Shown: positions 8,561 through 19,007 of the stretch, one piece after another
Numbering within the stretch: the first letter of the stretch is position 1
How the letters are laid out: each line of letters opens with the position of its first letter
NCBI GenBank assembly: GCA_964590105.1
Contig: CAZPYM010000001.1
Coordinates: forward strand, 160,395 to 224,394
DNA: 64,000 nucleotides
DNA from: an uncultured Gammaproteobacteria bacterium
GTDB taxonomy: Bacteria > Patescibacteriota > Patescibacteriia > UBA11705 > JABHMO01
Direction: 5' to 3'
Notes under the pieces: generated by a model
Database searches by the model: none
Told to the model about the DNA's origin: nothing
What the model saw: the letters and a program-made list of their open reading frames with translations, nothing else
Translations under genes and position numbers: made by a program

Positions 8561-9643
8561 ATGAAAATAGAACTTAAAAAAATTACAGTCAGTGAATTAA
8601 CTAACGGCTTTAAAGATAACGACGAAAACGGTGTTGTGGGTTATGGTGGCAAACTTGATATTCGCCCGCCTTATCAAAGAGAGTTTATTTATAAAGATAA
8701 ACAAAGAGACGCCGTTATTGACACTATCACAAGAAACTTTCCTCTAAATGTAATGTATTGGGCTGTGCGTGAAGACGGAAATTTTGAAGTAATAGACGGA
8801 CAACAAAGGACAATTTCAGCTTGCCAGTATGTTAATGGCGATTTTTCGGTGGACGGACTGGCTTTTCATAATTTAACAAAAGATAAGAAAGAACAAATTT
8901 TAAATTATGAATTGACGATATATTTTTGCTCTGGTACTGATAGCGAAAAATTGGAATGGTTTAAAATAATTAATATTGCTGGAGAAAGATTAACCGATCA
9001 AGAATTGAGAAATGCGGTTTATTCGGGTTCGTGGGTATCTGACGCTAAACGCTATTTTAGTAAAAATGGTTGTGCCGCTTATGGAATTGGTAGCGATTAT
9101 CTGAATGGCTCGCCAATTCGGCAAGAATATTTAGAAACTGCTATTAAGTGGATTTCTAATGGGAAAATTGAAAATTACATGTCAAAACACCAGCACGATC
9201 AAAACGCAAGTGCTTTATGGAGATATTTTCAAGATGTTATTACTTGGGTAAGTACAACTTTTACTAAAAAAAGGAAATTTATGAAAGGGGTTGAGTGGGG
9301 TACTCTTTACAACACTTACAAAGACGAAAAATATAATACGAAAGAAATTGAAGAAGAAACAGAAAAATTAATACTTGATGATGATGTAACAAAAAAGAGC
9401 GGTATTTATCCATATATTTTAACTCGCAATGAAAAATATCTTTCTATTCGTGCCTTTTCAGACGCTACCAAACAAAAAATATTTGAGAAACAAAAAGGAG
9501 TTTGCGTAGTATGTAAAGAAAAATTTGAAATTGAAGAAATGGAAGCAGATCATATTACACCTTGGCACGAGGGTGGCAAAACAACAGACAAAAATTGTCA
9601 GATGTTATGCAAAGAATGTAATAGACGAAAGTCTGGTAAATAA
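8561..9643 (+). CDS. DUF262 (GmrSD-like) plus C-terminal HNH endonuclease
   Basis: PPYQREF, VIDGQQR and FKIIN motifs, then CVVC...EADHITPW...NCQMLCKECNRRK. Confidence 0.9.
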   Translation: MKIELKKITVSELTNGFKDNDENGVVGYGGKLDIRPPYQREFIYKDKQRDAVIDTITRNFPLNVMYWAVREDGNFEVIDGQQRTISACQYVNGDFSVDGLAFHNLTKDKKEQILNYELTIYFCSGTDSEKLEWFKIINIAGERLTDQELRNAVYSGSWVSDAKRYFSKNGCAAYGIGSDYLNGSPIRQEYLETAIKWISNGKIENYMSKHQHDQNASALWRYFQDVITWVSTTFTKKRKFMKGVEWGTLYNTYKDEKYNTKEIEEETEKLILDDDVTKKSGIYPYILTRNEKYLSIRAFSDATKQKIFEKQKGVCVVCKEKFEIEEMEADHITPWHEGGKTTDKNCQMLCKECNRRKSGK

Positions 9644-9650
9644 AAATTCA

Positions 9651-12600
9651 ATGCTTGAGACCTTAAAAAATAAAATACTAGCAAGAGTTACCGAATGGCG
9701 GCGAGAGCAGTCATTATTTAAGGCTGTACAAGCAGAAAAAAAGATAACTCCAAGTATAAAGAAAATTATTAATAAAGACACAAAACCTCTTTGGTTTTCT
9801 CTTTGGGAAGCCACAATCGTTGTAGCTTTATTTATTTTTTTCTTGATTTTGACGCACGCCCAGACACTTTTCCCATACGAAAAATTTATTGAATTTATGG
9901 AATGGCTTTATCCATTTCAAGGAAGTCCATTCGCACTAACAGACGGCAACCATTATCAGAATTTAATCGCAATACATGCTGGTATAGGTGCGGTTCTTAT
10001 TGGTTTAGCTTTTTTTCTTGCTCAAGAGATCGCAAAAGAAAAAAATAAAGAAGGTTCATACAAAGGATTTGTCATATTACGCAGAACTCGATTTTTCACT
10101 CTTTTACTAGCTGAGATTTTATTTTTCTTTATTTTCGCTTGGGGGTCAGTAAATATCTTGGCAACTATTCCAGTATTTTTAATAGGAATTTTTACCCTTT
10201 ATTCTTTATATAATGCCTTACACTTAATTTTTGATAACTTTGAATTAAAGAAGGAAGAAAAAAAGATATTTTCTGCTAGTTTACATAATAGTTTTCTGAA
10301 AGTTTTAGATTTAGAAATTACAAAGCTAATTGGCGACAGTCAACTACGCAATCTATCAAAGGATTATGAAGGGTTTATTGAAATAACCCCATTTTCTCCT
10401 GTTAATAAACAAAACTACACACCTATTAAAACAAATAAGTCGGGTATATTTACTAACTTAAACCTGAAAACATTAAAAAATTTATTAACAAAGCTTGAAG
10501 AGAAAGCTCCAATGGAAAACGAAGTAGCCACAATGGGTTCTGCCCCTCAAGCTACAATATCTAATCCAAGAACGAGAAATCCTTATTGTTATTTATCGCC
10601 ACGCTTCTTTTCTGATACTAAAGAAGTAAATGATGTGCTTCTTTGGGTTCGAAATGATCTGTTAAAAGATGAGGAAGTTGCAGGCGAGGTTAAAGAACTT
10701 ATACGCAAAGCATTTACAATAACAAAGCTAGATTTTGATTTAGAGCATGCACGAAACGATATAAGAAAATTAAAACTTCTTTCTTTGGATTTAGTAAAGG
10801 ATCAGAGAGGTGATGAACTAAGTGAAGTTTTAAATAATTATACAAAGCTCATTGAGGATTTCTATTCATATTTGGAACCATACGGCGGAGGCTTTTCAGA
10901 AAAGCAAGCCCACGATATGTCTATGGAGATATTTTTCGGAGGACTCAAACCCGTGGCATGGATAAGTGAGGATATTCGGGAAATATTTGAGCGAGGCATT
11001 GAATCTGATAGCAAGGAAATCATTAAAGAAGTTGCTTATCTTCCCGTGCGTTTAATACGATACGCCATTGATTATAAAGACCACTTGATTTTTCAACAAT
11101 TTCAATATTATCCATTTAGACTATATCAAGCTCATGTAAATGCGAAAAAAGCAGGAAAGGATGAATTGGCTACTTTTCTTTTTGATAGATCTTGGCGTTA
11201 TCTAAAAGAAATTTCTGATTATTACTTAGAGCCCAAACTGAAAAAAGATGAAGATTATCCAGAAGAAGAGGTGCGTAATTTTGCATGTGCGATCCTAAAA
11301 ATATTCCAAGGATTGCTTAAAAACTCTTTTGACGAAAGAGATGTTGAAAGTTTTAAAACATACCTATCAACAGCCAGTGGTCTTTTTAGACATTTAGATA
11401 TTACAGATCGTTATGAGAACGAAAAAACAGAGCAGATCGCAGATTTTCTTAAGAACAAAAAGAATGAAATGCTATTTGGTCTTGCCAGCTGGATTTTTTA
11501 TAAACTTGCTCAAAATAAAGACGAGGAAGTAGTTAAACAATTTTATAATGTTATTCAGAACTCCACTCCCTCAAAAATAGAGGAACTCACAAATATATTT
11601 TCTCGTACGCATAGTTTTGAAGTGGAAGATTTTTGGGGGTGGGATAATTGGGAAATGTCCGAAAAAGGAGAGGGGCAAGTACACTCAATACAAATTCTCG
11701 AGAAGTTGGAAAAATTTTACGCGATTAGATCACTTTCTCTTTTATCAGCAAAAAGTAATGAAGAGATTGAAAAAATAGAATTACCACATTCAAGAGATTT
11801 GGCTTATTTAGCAGAAGGCACAAGAGATTTAGTGAAAACTCTCGATGATATCAAAACAAACCCTAAAAACTGGCACTTTGTTTTGAATGATAATTCTATA
11901 AACAAAGTTGATCTGCTAAAAGCTTTACTCACTAAAGCAAAAGAAGTGCAGGAACAAGAAGAAGTGGAACTTAAGAAAGAACAAGCAATTTCACAAAAGC
12001 GAGTACAGGAATTTAAAAAAGAAGTATTGAAGACTTTCTATGAGGGCGCAAATATGCGAGATATTTTTGCAAAACACTTCAACGCATACGAGGATAATAC
12101 AAAAGAGAAGACCGATAAAAAAGATCGATTTGGAATAAACATTGTTGACGATAAAGCATCATTCTTTGACGAGTGGCATGTTCACTATGTTGGTTGTGGT
12201 GAAAACTATGGTCGTGATCTCGCTTCTGGTGAAAATTCATATCTGCTTGATGACATGGCAAAAAATTGTACGGAAATTTCTAAAGAAAATTTTGAGGCAA
12301 CGCTGGCAAAAATTGAAAATTCAGACGATATAGTAATTTTTGCTACAAATATTGCATTTTGGCGATTTTTTGAAGACTCAAAGAACTTCAAGCCAAAGTG
12401 GCAGAGGGATATTGAACAACTTGATGTTAAGGGATTTGGTGGCTGGTATGACTTCAATGGAAAATCAATTCCTGTTTTCGAGACATATCACAGAAAGGTT
12501 GATAAACAGATTTTGATTTTGAACAAATCAAAAATTGGAAAATTTATTCAGTTGTCTCCGCTCAACGAAGAAGAGAAAGAAGAATCTATTGAGGATATTT

Positions 12601-12809
12601 TCTATATGGACATACAGGCATTTTCCGAAAACGAGGAACTGATGGAAGAATTTATCAAAAAACCGCCAGAATGGTTAAAGCAAATTGGAGACGAACAGAA
12701 ACAACGTGAACATTTACGAGAACGAGTTCGTATTCAGATTTTTGAAAGATTTCAGTATAACAAGTCAGAAGTTTTTGAGGGATACAAGCTATTTTTAAAA
12801 GAAGATTAA
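9651..12809 (+). CDS. Large hypothetical protein with N-terminal TM bundle and long soluble region
   Basis: About 1050-aa ORF from ATG 9651 with roughly 4 TM segments near the N-terminus; no catalytic motif recognised. Confidence 0.75.
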   Translation: MLETLKNKILARVTEWRREQSLFKAVQAEKKITPSIKKIINKDTKPLWFSLWEATIVVALFIFFLILTHAQTLFPYEKFIEFMEWLYPFQGSPFALTDGNHYQNLIAIHAGIGAVLIGLAFFLAQEIAKEKNKEGSYKGFVILRRTRFFTLLLAEILFFFIFAWGSVNILATIPVFLIGIFTLYSLYNALHLIFDNFELKKEEKKIFSASLHNSFLKVLDLEITKLIGDSQLRNLSKDYEGFIEITPFSPVNKQNYTPIKTNKSGIFTNLNLKTLKNLLTKLEEKAPMENEVATMGSAPQATISNPRTRNPYCYLSPRFFSDTKEVNDVLLWVRNDLLKDEEVAGEVKELIRKAFTITKLDFDLEHARNDIRKLKLLSLDLVKDQRGDELSEVLNNYTKLIEDFYSYLEPYGGGFSEKQAHDMSMEIFFGGLKPVAWISEDIREIFERGIESDSKEIIKEVAYLPVRLIRYAIDYKDHLIFQQFQYYPFRLYQAHVNAKKAGKDELATFLFDRSWRYLKEISDYYLEPKLKKDEDYPEEEVRNFACAILKIFQGLLKNSFDERDVESFKTYLSTASGLFRHLDITDRYENEKTEQIADFLKNKKNEMLFGLASWIFYKLAQNKDEEVVKQFYNVIQNSTPSKIEELTNIFSRTHSFEVEDFWGWDNWEMSEKGEGQVHSIQILEKLEKFYAIRSLSLLSAKSNEEIEKIELPHSRDLAYLAEGTRDLVKTLDDIKTNPKNWHFVLNDNSINKVDLLKALLTKAKEVQEQEEVELKKEQAISQKRVQEFKKEVLKTFYEGANMRDIFAKHFNAYEDNTKEKTDKKDRFGINIVDDKASFFDEWHVHYVGCGENYGRDLASGENSYLLDDMAKNCTEISKENFEATLAKIENSDDIVIFATNIAFWRFFEDSKNFKPKWQRDIEQLDVKGFGGWYDFNGKSIPVFETYHRKVDKQILILNKSKIGKFIQLSPLNEEEKEESIEDIFYMDIQAFSENEELMEEFIKKPPEWLKQIGDEQKQREHLRERVRIQIFERFQYNKSEVFEGYKLFLKED

Positions 12810-12873
12810 TCCCGAAAATATAAAATATTTACAGCTATTTTTTTAATAGACCTGTAAATTTTCCACAATACAA

Positions 12874-12902
12874 GTTCTAACATCGTCCGCGACCCCGAGC
12901 CA
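12874..12902 (+). repeat. att-like direct repeat copy 1 (ends ...CCCCGAGCCA)
   Basis: GTTCTAACATCGTCCGCGACCCCGAGCCA is 28/29 identical to 16837-16865 and is followed by a hairpin. Confidence 0.8.
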
Positions 12903-13021
12903 ACAAAAGCTCTTCACACTTAGTGAAGCGCTTTTGTTTTGACGAATAACCTTACAAATTAATACAACAGCCAGTGTTTTCAATTGATGTTATATTGTAA
13001 ATAAATAATCCCCTCTAAAAA

Positions 13022-13050
13022 TTGACAAATTATAATTATGGGTATATACT
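13022..13050 (+). promoter_or_regulatory. Sigma70-type promoter
   Basis: TTGACA-N17-TATACT. Confidence 0.65.
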
Positions 13051-13112
13051 CACTATAAAGATATCCAAAGGTCGAATAGCTAATCGTTATTAAAACATAA
13101 CCATACAAATGT

Positions 13113-13352
13113 ATGCCAAAAATGGATGGAACCGGCCCTGTCGGGCAAGGTGCAGGCACTGGACGAGGAATGGGCCCCTGCGGAGCTGGGAATAGATTGG
13201 GCCGAGGCTGTTGCGGAGGCTTCGGGCAAGGTCGCAGGAGATTTATTGCTCCTAAAAACGAGTTGTCCGCTTTAGAAAACGAGGAAAAAATGTTGCTAGA
13301 AGAGTTAGAAGTTATAAGGGCTGAGAAAGAAGCTCTAACGGTTCAAAAATAA
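13113..13352 (+). CDS. DUF5320 family protein
   Basis: MPKMDGTGPVGQGAGTGRGMGPC N-terminus with a coiled-coil C-terminus. Confidence 0.85.
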   Translation: MPKMDGTGPVGQGAGTGRGMGPCGAGNRLGRGCCGGFGQGRRRFIAPKNELSALENEEKMLLEELEVIRAEKEALTVQK

Positions 13353-13461
13353 AAGAAGGCACAGGAACTAGCCCCTTTATAAAAGGGGCTAGGGCGCCTT
13401 CTCTTATAAAGGAGAATAACAAATTTATCATAAAGTTTCAATACAAAAGCCAACGTAAAAT

Positions 13462-14199
13462 ATGAAATTAAAAAACAAAGTAGCTATTATTACCGGTGCC
13501 GCCGCTGGTATCGGTAAAGCAATCGCTGAAAAATTTATCAGCGAAGGTGCACTTGTGGTTTTTTCTGATGTCAATGGAGACGATTCTTTCGTTTCTGAAT
13601 TTGGTGGAAAAGCCTTATTTATAAAATGTGATGTTTCTAATTCCAACGAGGTAGACAATTTAATACGCGCAACAGTTAATCATTTTGGCAAAATCGACAT
13701 TATGGTCAACAATGCTGGGATTGGTGGTTTGGGCGGTATTATAGATGTAACCGACGAAAGTTGGGCTAAAACTATAAGTATTAATCTTTCAGGGACAATG
13801 TATTGTATGCGTTCCGCTGCCAAAGCAATGAAAGATCTAGCAATTAAAGGATCAATTATAAATTTAAGTTCTATTTTGGGAAAAGTAGGCTTTAATGGAG
13901 CTATTGCTTATTGCGCCTCCAAAGGAGGCGTAGTTCAACTCACACATGCGGGGGCACTTGATCTTGCCTCGCTACATATTCGGGTAAACGCCATCGCCCC
14001 CGGATTTATTGAGACTAACATGACGAAAGATCTCTTAGAACAAAAAGAATTTAATGATTTAGTTACTTCTTCGACGCCACTCGGTTATGTCGGAAAAACA
14101 AAAGACATTGCTAATGCAGCCGTTTATCTTGCTTCCGACGACTCAAGCTACGTAACAGGCAGTGTTATTTATGTTGACGGAGGCTGGACGGCAAAGTAA
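13462..14199 (+). CDS. Short-chain dehydrogenase/reductase (FabG-like)
   Basis: TGAAAGIG, NNAG and YCASK motifs. Confidence 0.95.
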   Translation: MKLKNKVAIITGAAAGIGKAIAEKFISEGALVVFSDVNGDDSFVSEFGGKALFIKCDVSNSNEVDNLIRATVNHFGKIDIMVNNAGIGGLGGIIDVTDESWAKTISINLSGTMYCMRSAAKAMKDLAIKGSIINLSSILGKVGFNGAIAYCASKGGVVQLTHAGALDLASLHIRVNAIAPGFIETNMTKDLLEQKEFNDLVTSSTPLGYVGKTKDIANAAVYLASDDSSYVTGSVIYVDGGWTAK

Positions 14200-14207
14200 T
14201 CAATTTT

Positions 14208-14498
14208 ATGTCAAGACCACAACAATGCTTATGTAAAGCGATAAAATTTAAACCGAATATCAGCTACTTTAAACCACAAGGGGTTCCCATGCGGGATTTA
14301 AAAGTAGTAGAACTTTCGTTAGAAGAAATTGAGGCTTATCGTCTTCGTCATATAGAGGATATGGATCAACAGTTAGCGGCAGAAAAAATGAAAACATCAA
14401 CTAGTACTTATCAAAGAATCCTTAACTCCGCCTACAAAAAGGTCGCGGATGCTATCACCAACGGGAAGGCGATTAAAATTATTAAACACAATAACTAG
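14208..14498 (+). CDS. DUF134 family HTH protein
   Basis: YFKPQGVP...EEIEAYRL...QQLAAEKM..STSTYQRIL.SA.KK.ADA. Confidence 0.88.
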   Translation: MSRPQQCLCKAIKFKPNISYFKPQGVPMRDLKVVELSLEEIEAYRLRHIEDMDQQLAAEKMKTSTSTYQRILNSAYKKVADAITNGKAIKIIKHNN

Positions 14499-14499
14499 T

Positions 14500-15240
14500 A
14501 TGCTGACATTATTAATGATAATTAGCGGGACTTTCGTTATTACTCTATGTGTTTGGGTGGCAGTGCTGTTTATTTTTCTAAAAAAAGAAAACCTAACAAA
14601 AATTACAATGTTCCTCGTTTCTCTGTCAGCCGGCGCCTTAATGGGTGGAGCTTTTTTGCATTTAATGCCCGAGGCTTCAGAACAAATAAGGGCAGACCTA
14701 TTGTTCGGAATTTTCCTTGTCTCTTTTGTAGTTTTCTTTTTGATAGAAAAACTTCTCCACTGGCGGCATTGCCATAAAGCTGACTGTCCGATTCACACTT
14801 TTGGTCACATGAATTTGATCGGCGACAGCATCCATAATTTCATAGATGGGTTGATAATCGCTAGTACATTCATGGTTAACCCAAGCTTAGGCATCGCAAC
14901 CACATTAGCTGTGGCTATTCACGAAATCCCCCAAGAAATTGGTGATTACGGTGTACTGATCCATGCGGGATTTAAAAGCAAAAAAGCCTTAATCCTTAAT
15001 TATTTAGTTGCTCTTACTGTAGTGCTAGGCGGAATAGTTGGATATTTCTTTTTTTCTCATTTGAATAATGTATTACCATACCTCCTTCCCTTTGCGGCTG
15101 GTGGCTTTGTTTATATTGCCGCCTCTGATTTAATGCCAGAAATAAGAAAAGAAACCAACCTTAAAAAATCCATAGGCACATTCATAATATTTATCACGGG
15201 CATATTACTTATGTATTTAGTAAAATTAATAAATCACTAA
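14500..15240 (+). CDS. ZIP family metal transporter
   Basis: HNFIDG and HEIPQEIGD motifs plus a His-rich loop (HWRHCH); start at ATG 14500. Confidence 0.93.
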   Translation: MLTLLMIISGTFVITLCVWVAVLFIFLKKENLTKITMFLVSLSAGALMGGAFLHLMPEASEQIRADLLFGIFLVSFVVFFLIEKLLHWRHCHKADCPIHTFGHMNLIGDSIHNFIDGLIIASTFMVNPSLGIATTLAVAIHEIPQEIGDYGVLIHAGFKSKKALILNYLVALTVVLGGIVGYFFFSHLNNVLPYLLPFAAGGFVYIAASDLMPEIRKETNLKKSIGTFIIFITGILLMYLVKLINH

Positions 15241-15244
15241 AAGT

Positions 15245-15514
15245 ATGAAAGTACTAAAATTTGGGGCAGTTTGGTGCCCAGGATGCCTTGTTATGAAGCC
15301 CAGATGGAAAGAAATAGAAACAGAAAATTCTTGGCTCCAGACAGAATACCATGATTTTGACCAAGACAAAGAAATTGTGGGAAAATATAACATCACTAAT
15401 GTCTTGCCTGTTTTTATATTTTTAGATAAAAATGACAATGAATTTTTGCGTTTAGACGGCGAAATAGAAAAAGACAAACTGATCGAAATCATCAACCAAA
15501 ACAAGGAAAAATAG
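15245..15514 (+). CDS. Thioredoxin family protein
   Basis: WCPGC active site. Confidence 0.9.
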   Translation: MKVLKFGAVWCPGCLVMKPRWKEIETENSWLQTEYHDFDQDKEIVGKYNITNVLPVFIFLDKNDNEFLRLDGEIEKDKLIEIINQNKEK

Positions 15515-15517
15515 ATT

Positions 15518-16789
15518 ATGAAATTTGATATTAAAAAAATATTAGGATTATCACTGCTCACCCTTGTTCTTTTGATTCAACCTATCTACGCTCAAAGCCT
15601 TCCGATCAATGCTTACTTCTTTTATGGTGACGGCTGTCCGCATTGTGCTCAAGAACGACAATTCCTATTTCATGAATTGAAAAGCGAATATCCAAATCTA
15701 GAAATCTATGAATACGAAATCTATAACAACAGAACCAACACCCTTCTCTTGCAACAGGTGTCCGATAAATTAGGGGTCGGCGTGGACGGTGTCCCTTTTT
15801 TAGTTATCAGTGATCAGCACTTTATCGGCTACGCCAATGGCATGACTTCAGCGGCGATAAAAAATAAAATTGCTGAATGTTCATTAGAAAAATGTCCAGA
15901 TTCAGTTGCTTCTGTTGTTGGTGTTGAAACAAAAGAAGTTATGCCGACAATGACAAACAAAACAGAGGGCACTGAACTTAGAAAGGAAACAACTGAAATT
16001 CAATCTCCGTTAAGCGATAATGTTTTAGCAGAGCAAAATAAAAAAATGGTAAAACTACCTTTATTAGGAGAAATTAATGCCGCTAGTTTTTCACTACCCG
16101 TGCTGACTATCGCCATGGGCGCATTGGATGGATTTAATCCTTGTGCGATGTGGACACTTTTATTTTTAATTAGTTTGTTGTTGGGGATGAAAAACAGAAA
16201 AAGAATGTGGGCATTAGGAACAGTATTTATTGTTACTTCAGCTTCCGTTTATTTTTTATTCATGGCCGCTTGGCTTAATTTAATACTATTTTTAGGCTTT
16301 GTTGTTTGGGTCAGAATCTTAATCGGCGTTTTAGCCCTTTTGGGGGGAGGTTACAGTATCAAAGAATTTCTATTTAACAAAGATAGCGGATGTAAAGTGA
16401 CTGGTGATGAAAAAAGACAAAAAACTTTTGATAAGATGAAGCTGGCAGTTCAACAAAATAGCCTGTGGTTAGCAATAGGGGGAATAATCATTTTAGCCTT
16501 TGCTGTCAATTTAGTTGAGCTTATTTGCTCAGCCGGTTTACCAGCGGTATATACACAGGTGTTAGCGTTAAATGAAATGGCTCGTTGGCAATATTACCTC
16601 TATATATTAATATACATTTTCTTTTTCATGTTGGATGATCTCTTTATTTTCTTTATTGCCATGATCACACTCGAAATGACAGGAATTACAACCAAGTATG
16701 CTAAAATTTCTCGCCTCGTTGGCGGATTGATAATGTTAGCGATCGGATTAATGTTGATATTCAAACCTGGCTGGTTGATGTTTGGCTAA
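15518..16789 (+). CDS. Glutaredoxin-like domain fused to a CcdA/DsbD-like membrane domain
   Basis: GCPHC in an exported domain; DGFNPCA and ELICS in the TM region. Confidence 0.8.
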   Translation: MKFDIKKILGLSLLTLVLLIQPIYAQSLPINAYFFYGDGCPHCAQERQFLFHELKSEYPNLEIYEYEIYNNRTNTLLLQQVSDKLGVGVDGVPFLVISDQHFIGYANGMTSAAIKNKIAECSLEKCPDSVASVVGVETKEVMPTMTNKTEGTELRKETTEIQSPLSDNVLAEQNKKMVKLPLLGEINAASFSLPVLTIAMGALDGFNPCAMWTLLFLISLLLGMKNRKRMWALGTVFIVTSASVYFLFMAAWLNLILFLGFVVWVRILIGVLALLGGGYSIKEFLFNKDSGCKVTGDEKRQKTFDKMKLAVQQNSLWLAIGGIIILAFAVNLVELICSAGLPAVYTQVLALNEMARWQYYLYILIYIFFFMLDDLFIFFIAMITLEMTGITTKYAKISRLVGGLIMLAIGLMLIFKPGWLMFG

Positions 16790-16836
16790 AGTATTTTTCA
16801 GTTTGATTTAAAATTTTAACATGAAGGATGACTTCG

Positions 16837-16865
16837 GTTCTAACATCGTCCACGACCCCGAGCCA
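16837..16865 (+). repeat. att-like direct repeat copy 2
   Basis: GTTCTAACATCGTCCACGACCCCGAGCCA, followed by the GCACCACTC...GAGTGGTGC hairpin. Confidence 0.8.
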
Positions 16866-17422
16866 GGCACCACTCGTTTTTTTAGGAAAGTGAGTGGTGC
16901 TTTGTTTTAAGTTTAACTCGGGTGCCTGGTAAGCCAGAATCTACCTGTTATTCCGGAAAAATGAGTGGTTTTACCTAGGGATATTGTGGAAACTCTGGGA
17001 TTTAGCTATAATATAGACATATTGTTATTTCTTTATATAAAATCATGGGCTAAATATTTTCATTGTTTTTATCAAGTTTGCCCTGGAATTTTAACGATTA
17101 TGACTTGTTAAAACGGTGGGGGTTTGGGGGTAATTGCTGAGTCAGTGGCCATGGGTTATCGACGAAGTAACATCATCATTATATTCAATATCCACCTTGT
17201 GAATAATGGCGCGGGGGACTCAGAACCACGAAAAAGATGCTCTGACGCGAATCAATAACCCCCAAAACTTTTGTTACTTTTGGTTACAAAAGTAAAAGCT
17301 AGAAATAGAGATTTTTGCCTGTCTATACCGAATGATTCACTATAATAACGCATAGTTGACGTTTTGCCGGACCTGTGCTATGATAGGCTTTCTAAAGTAT
17401 AATTAAATAACATAAATTATTT

Positions 17423-17947
17423 ATGGGACAGTTTAACAAGTATGGCGGCGACCGCGGCGGCAAAAGTTATGACCGGGGTAATAAGAGTTTTGGTGGTGGT
17501 GGCAGAAGTTTTGGCGGCGGCGGTGGCAGAAGTTTTGGCGGTGGCGGCGGTACTAGACAGATGTTTCCGGCGGTTTGCGAAGAGTGCGGACAGGCTTGCG
17601 AAGTCCCGTTTCGGCCGACAGGCGCCAGACCGGTTTTTTGCAGCAATTGCTTCAAAGCGCAAGGCGGAGCTGGTTCTAATTTCGAGCCAAGAGATTTTGG
17701 CGGCGGACAAGGCAGACCTGAACGCGACAGAAATGCCGGCGGTAATGCGGGTGGTGTTTCTAAGGTGCAGATTGACATGCTGAATGCAAAGCTGGACAAG
17801 ATTTTATACATTTTGTCAGCTTCAAATTCAAAATCAGAGCCAGTAGTCAAGGAAGCGAAGCAGGAAAAAGTAAAAGAAAAAGCAGTAAAGGCAGAAGTTA
17901 AAAAAGAAAAAGCTCCGGCCAAAAAAGCCAAAGCTAAGAAAAAATAA
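17423..17947 (+). CDS. CxxC-x17-CxxC zinc-ribbon protein with Gly-rich region and Lys-rich tail
   Basis: CEECGQACEVPFRPTGARPVFCSNCF; upstream promoter TTGACG-N17-TATGAT. Confidence 0.9.
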   Translation: MGQFNKYGGDRGGKSYDRGNKSFGGGGRSFGGGGGRSFGGGGGTRQMFPAVCEECGQACEVPFRPTGARPVFCSNCFKAQGGAGSNFEPRDFGGGQGRPERDRNAGGNAGGVSKVQIDMLNAKLDKILYILSASNSKSEPVVKEAKQEKVKEKAVKAEVKKEKAPAKKAKAKKK

Positions 17948-18003
17948 AATTTTGCTTTATTAAAAAATCCCGTCGGTGTAGCCGCGGGATTTTGGTTTGC
18001 CTT

Positions 18004-18858
18004 TCAGGCGTGTAAACGATTTTGCATCTTTGTGAAGTGCGTCATGCTGACTCCAAATTTGCCCAATTGACGCTCTGGATGAAATCGTCCGTGAAAATCA
18101 GATCCGCCAGTAATAAAGAGTTTGGACTTGCCGGCAAGCCAAAGGAGCAGGCTGGTTTGATCCAGCGTATTACTGGTATGGAATGCCTCCAATCCGTTAA
18201 GTCCGAATTTTCTCAGTCTGTAGAATATATTGAAGAATTCGTCTTCACCAATTTTTTTTATTACTGCGCCAGGATGAGCAAAGACCGATAGTCCGCCAAG
18301 AGCTTTGATCAATTTGACGGCGTCGATCGTTGTTAGTAGCTCGTGCTTATCGTAGTTGAAATAAGCAATCCCATTTTTCCTGGTCTCAGCCACCGCTTGG
18401 TCGTGCGTTAGACCGTGAAAACGCATGCGGTAATCGCGAAGCCAGAGCTTCATGGCACATGGGCCTTGATAGCCGGTTTTTTCCTTGAGTTCGGCGAGCG
18501 AAACGTTCATTATTCCGGCTTGGCGATAGCTCTCCAGCGCTTTTTCAATACGGGAATTATGCACGCGCCAATTGAGATTGACAGAGTTTTCCATAATTTC
18601 TGTTTGATACAAGTTCATCCCATAGCCGAGGATATGGATGACTGTGCCGTTATACTGAGTCGTTATTTCCACCGCAGGAATACCCAGCATTTCAAATTCT
18701 TGCAGTGCGTCCAAAAATTCCGGGATGCCCCAACTCGTGTCGTGGTCAGCAAGACACACGGCGGTGAGACCGGCCAGCTTTGCCTTTTTCACCACTTCGC
18801 GTGGAGAATCAGCGCCATCTGAGAAATGTGAATGAACATGCATATCCGCTAGGATCAT
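18004..18858 (-). CDS. PHP-domain phosphoesterase (TrpH/YciV-like)
   Basis: DMHVHSHFSDG, LADHD, AHP and GGSDFHG motifs; start at ATG 18858. Confidence 0.92.
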   Translation of the reverse strand: MILADMHVHSHFSDGADSPREVVKKAKLAGLTAVCLADHDTSWGIPEFLDALQEFEMLGIPAVEITTQYNGTVIHILGYGMNLYQTEIMENSVNLNWRVHNSRIEKALESYRQAGIMNVSLAELKEKTGYQGPCAMKLWLRDYRMRFHGLTHDQAVAETRKNGIAYFNYDKHELLTTIDAVKLIKALGGLSVFAHPGAVIKKIGEDEFFNIFYRLRKFGLNGLEAFHTSNTLDQTSLLLWLAGKSKLFITGGSDFHGRFHPERQLGKFGVSMTHFTKMQNRLHA

Positions 18859-19007
18859 GACCCCTCCTTTGAACAGGACGTTTATAAGCTTAGCATGGAA
18901 TTTTAGAATAATCAAGGATGTATTATTATCTTTGACATTAAGTTGCGTAAGAGATAAAATGTAAATATTGGGCAATTGATTTTGTATAATTTTATCTTAA
19001 ATAACCT

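Noticed and set aside
17485-17550. Tandem GGCAGAAGTTTTGGCGGCGG repeats as a possible CRISPR or VNTR
   Set aside because: They are in-frame coding repeats (RSFGGGG) with no spacers.
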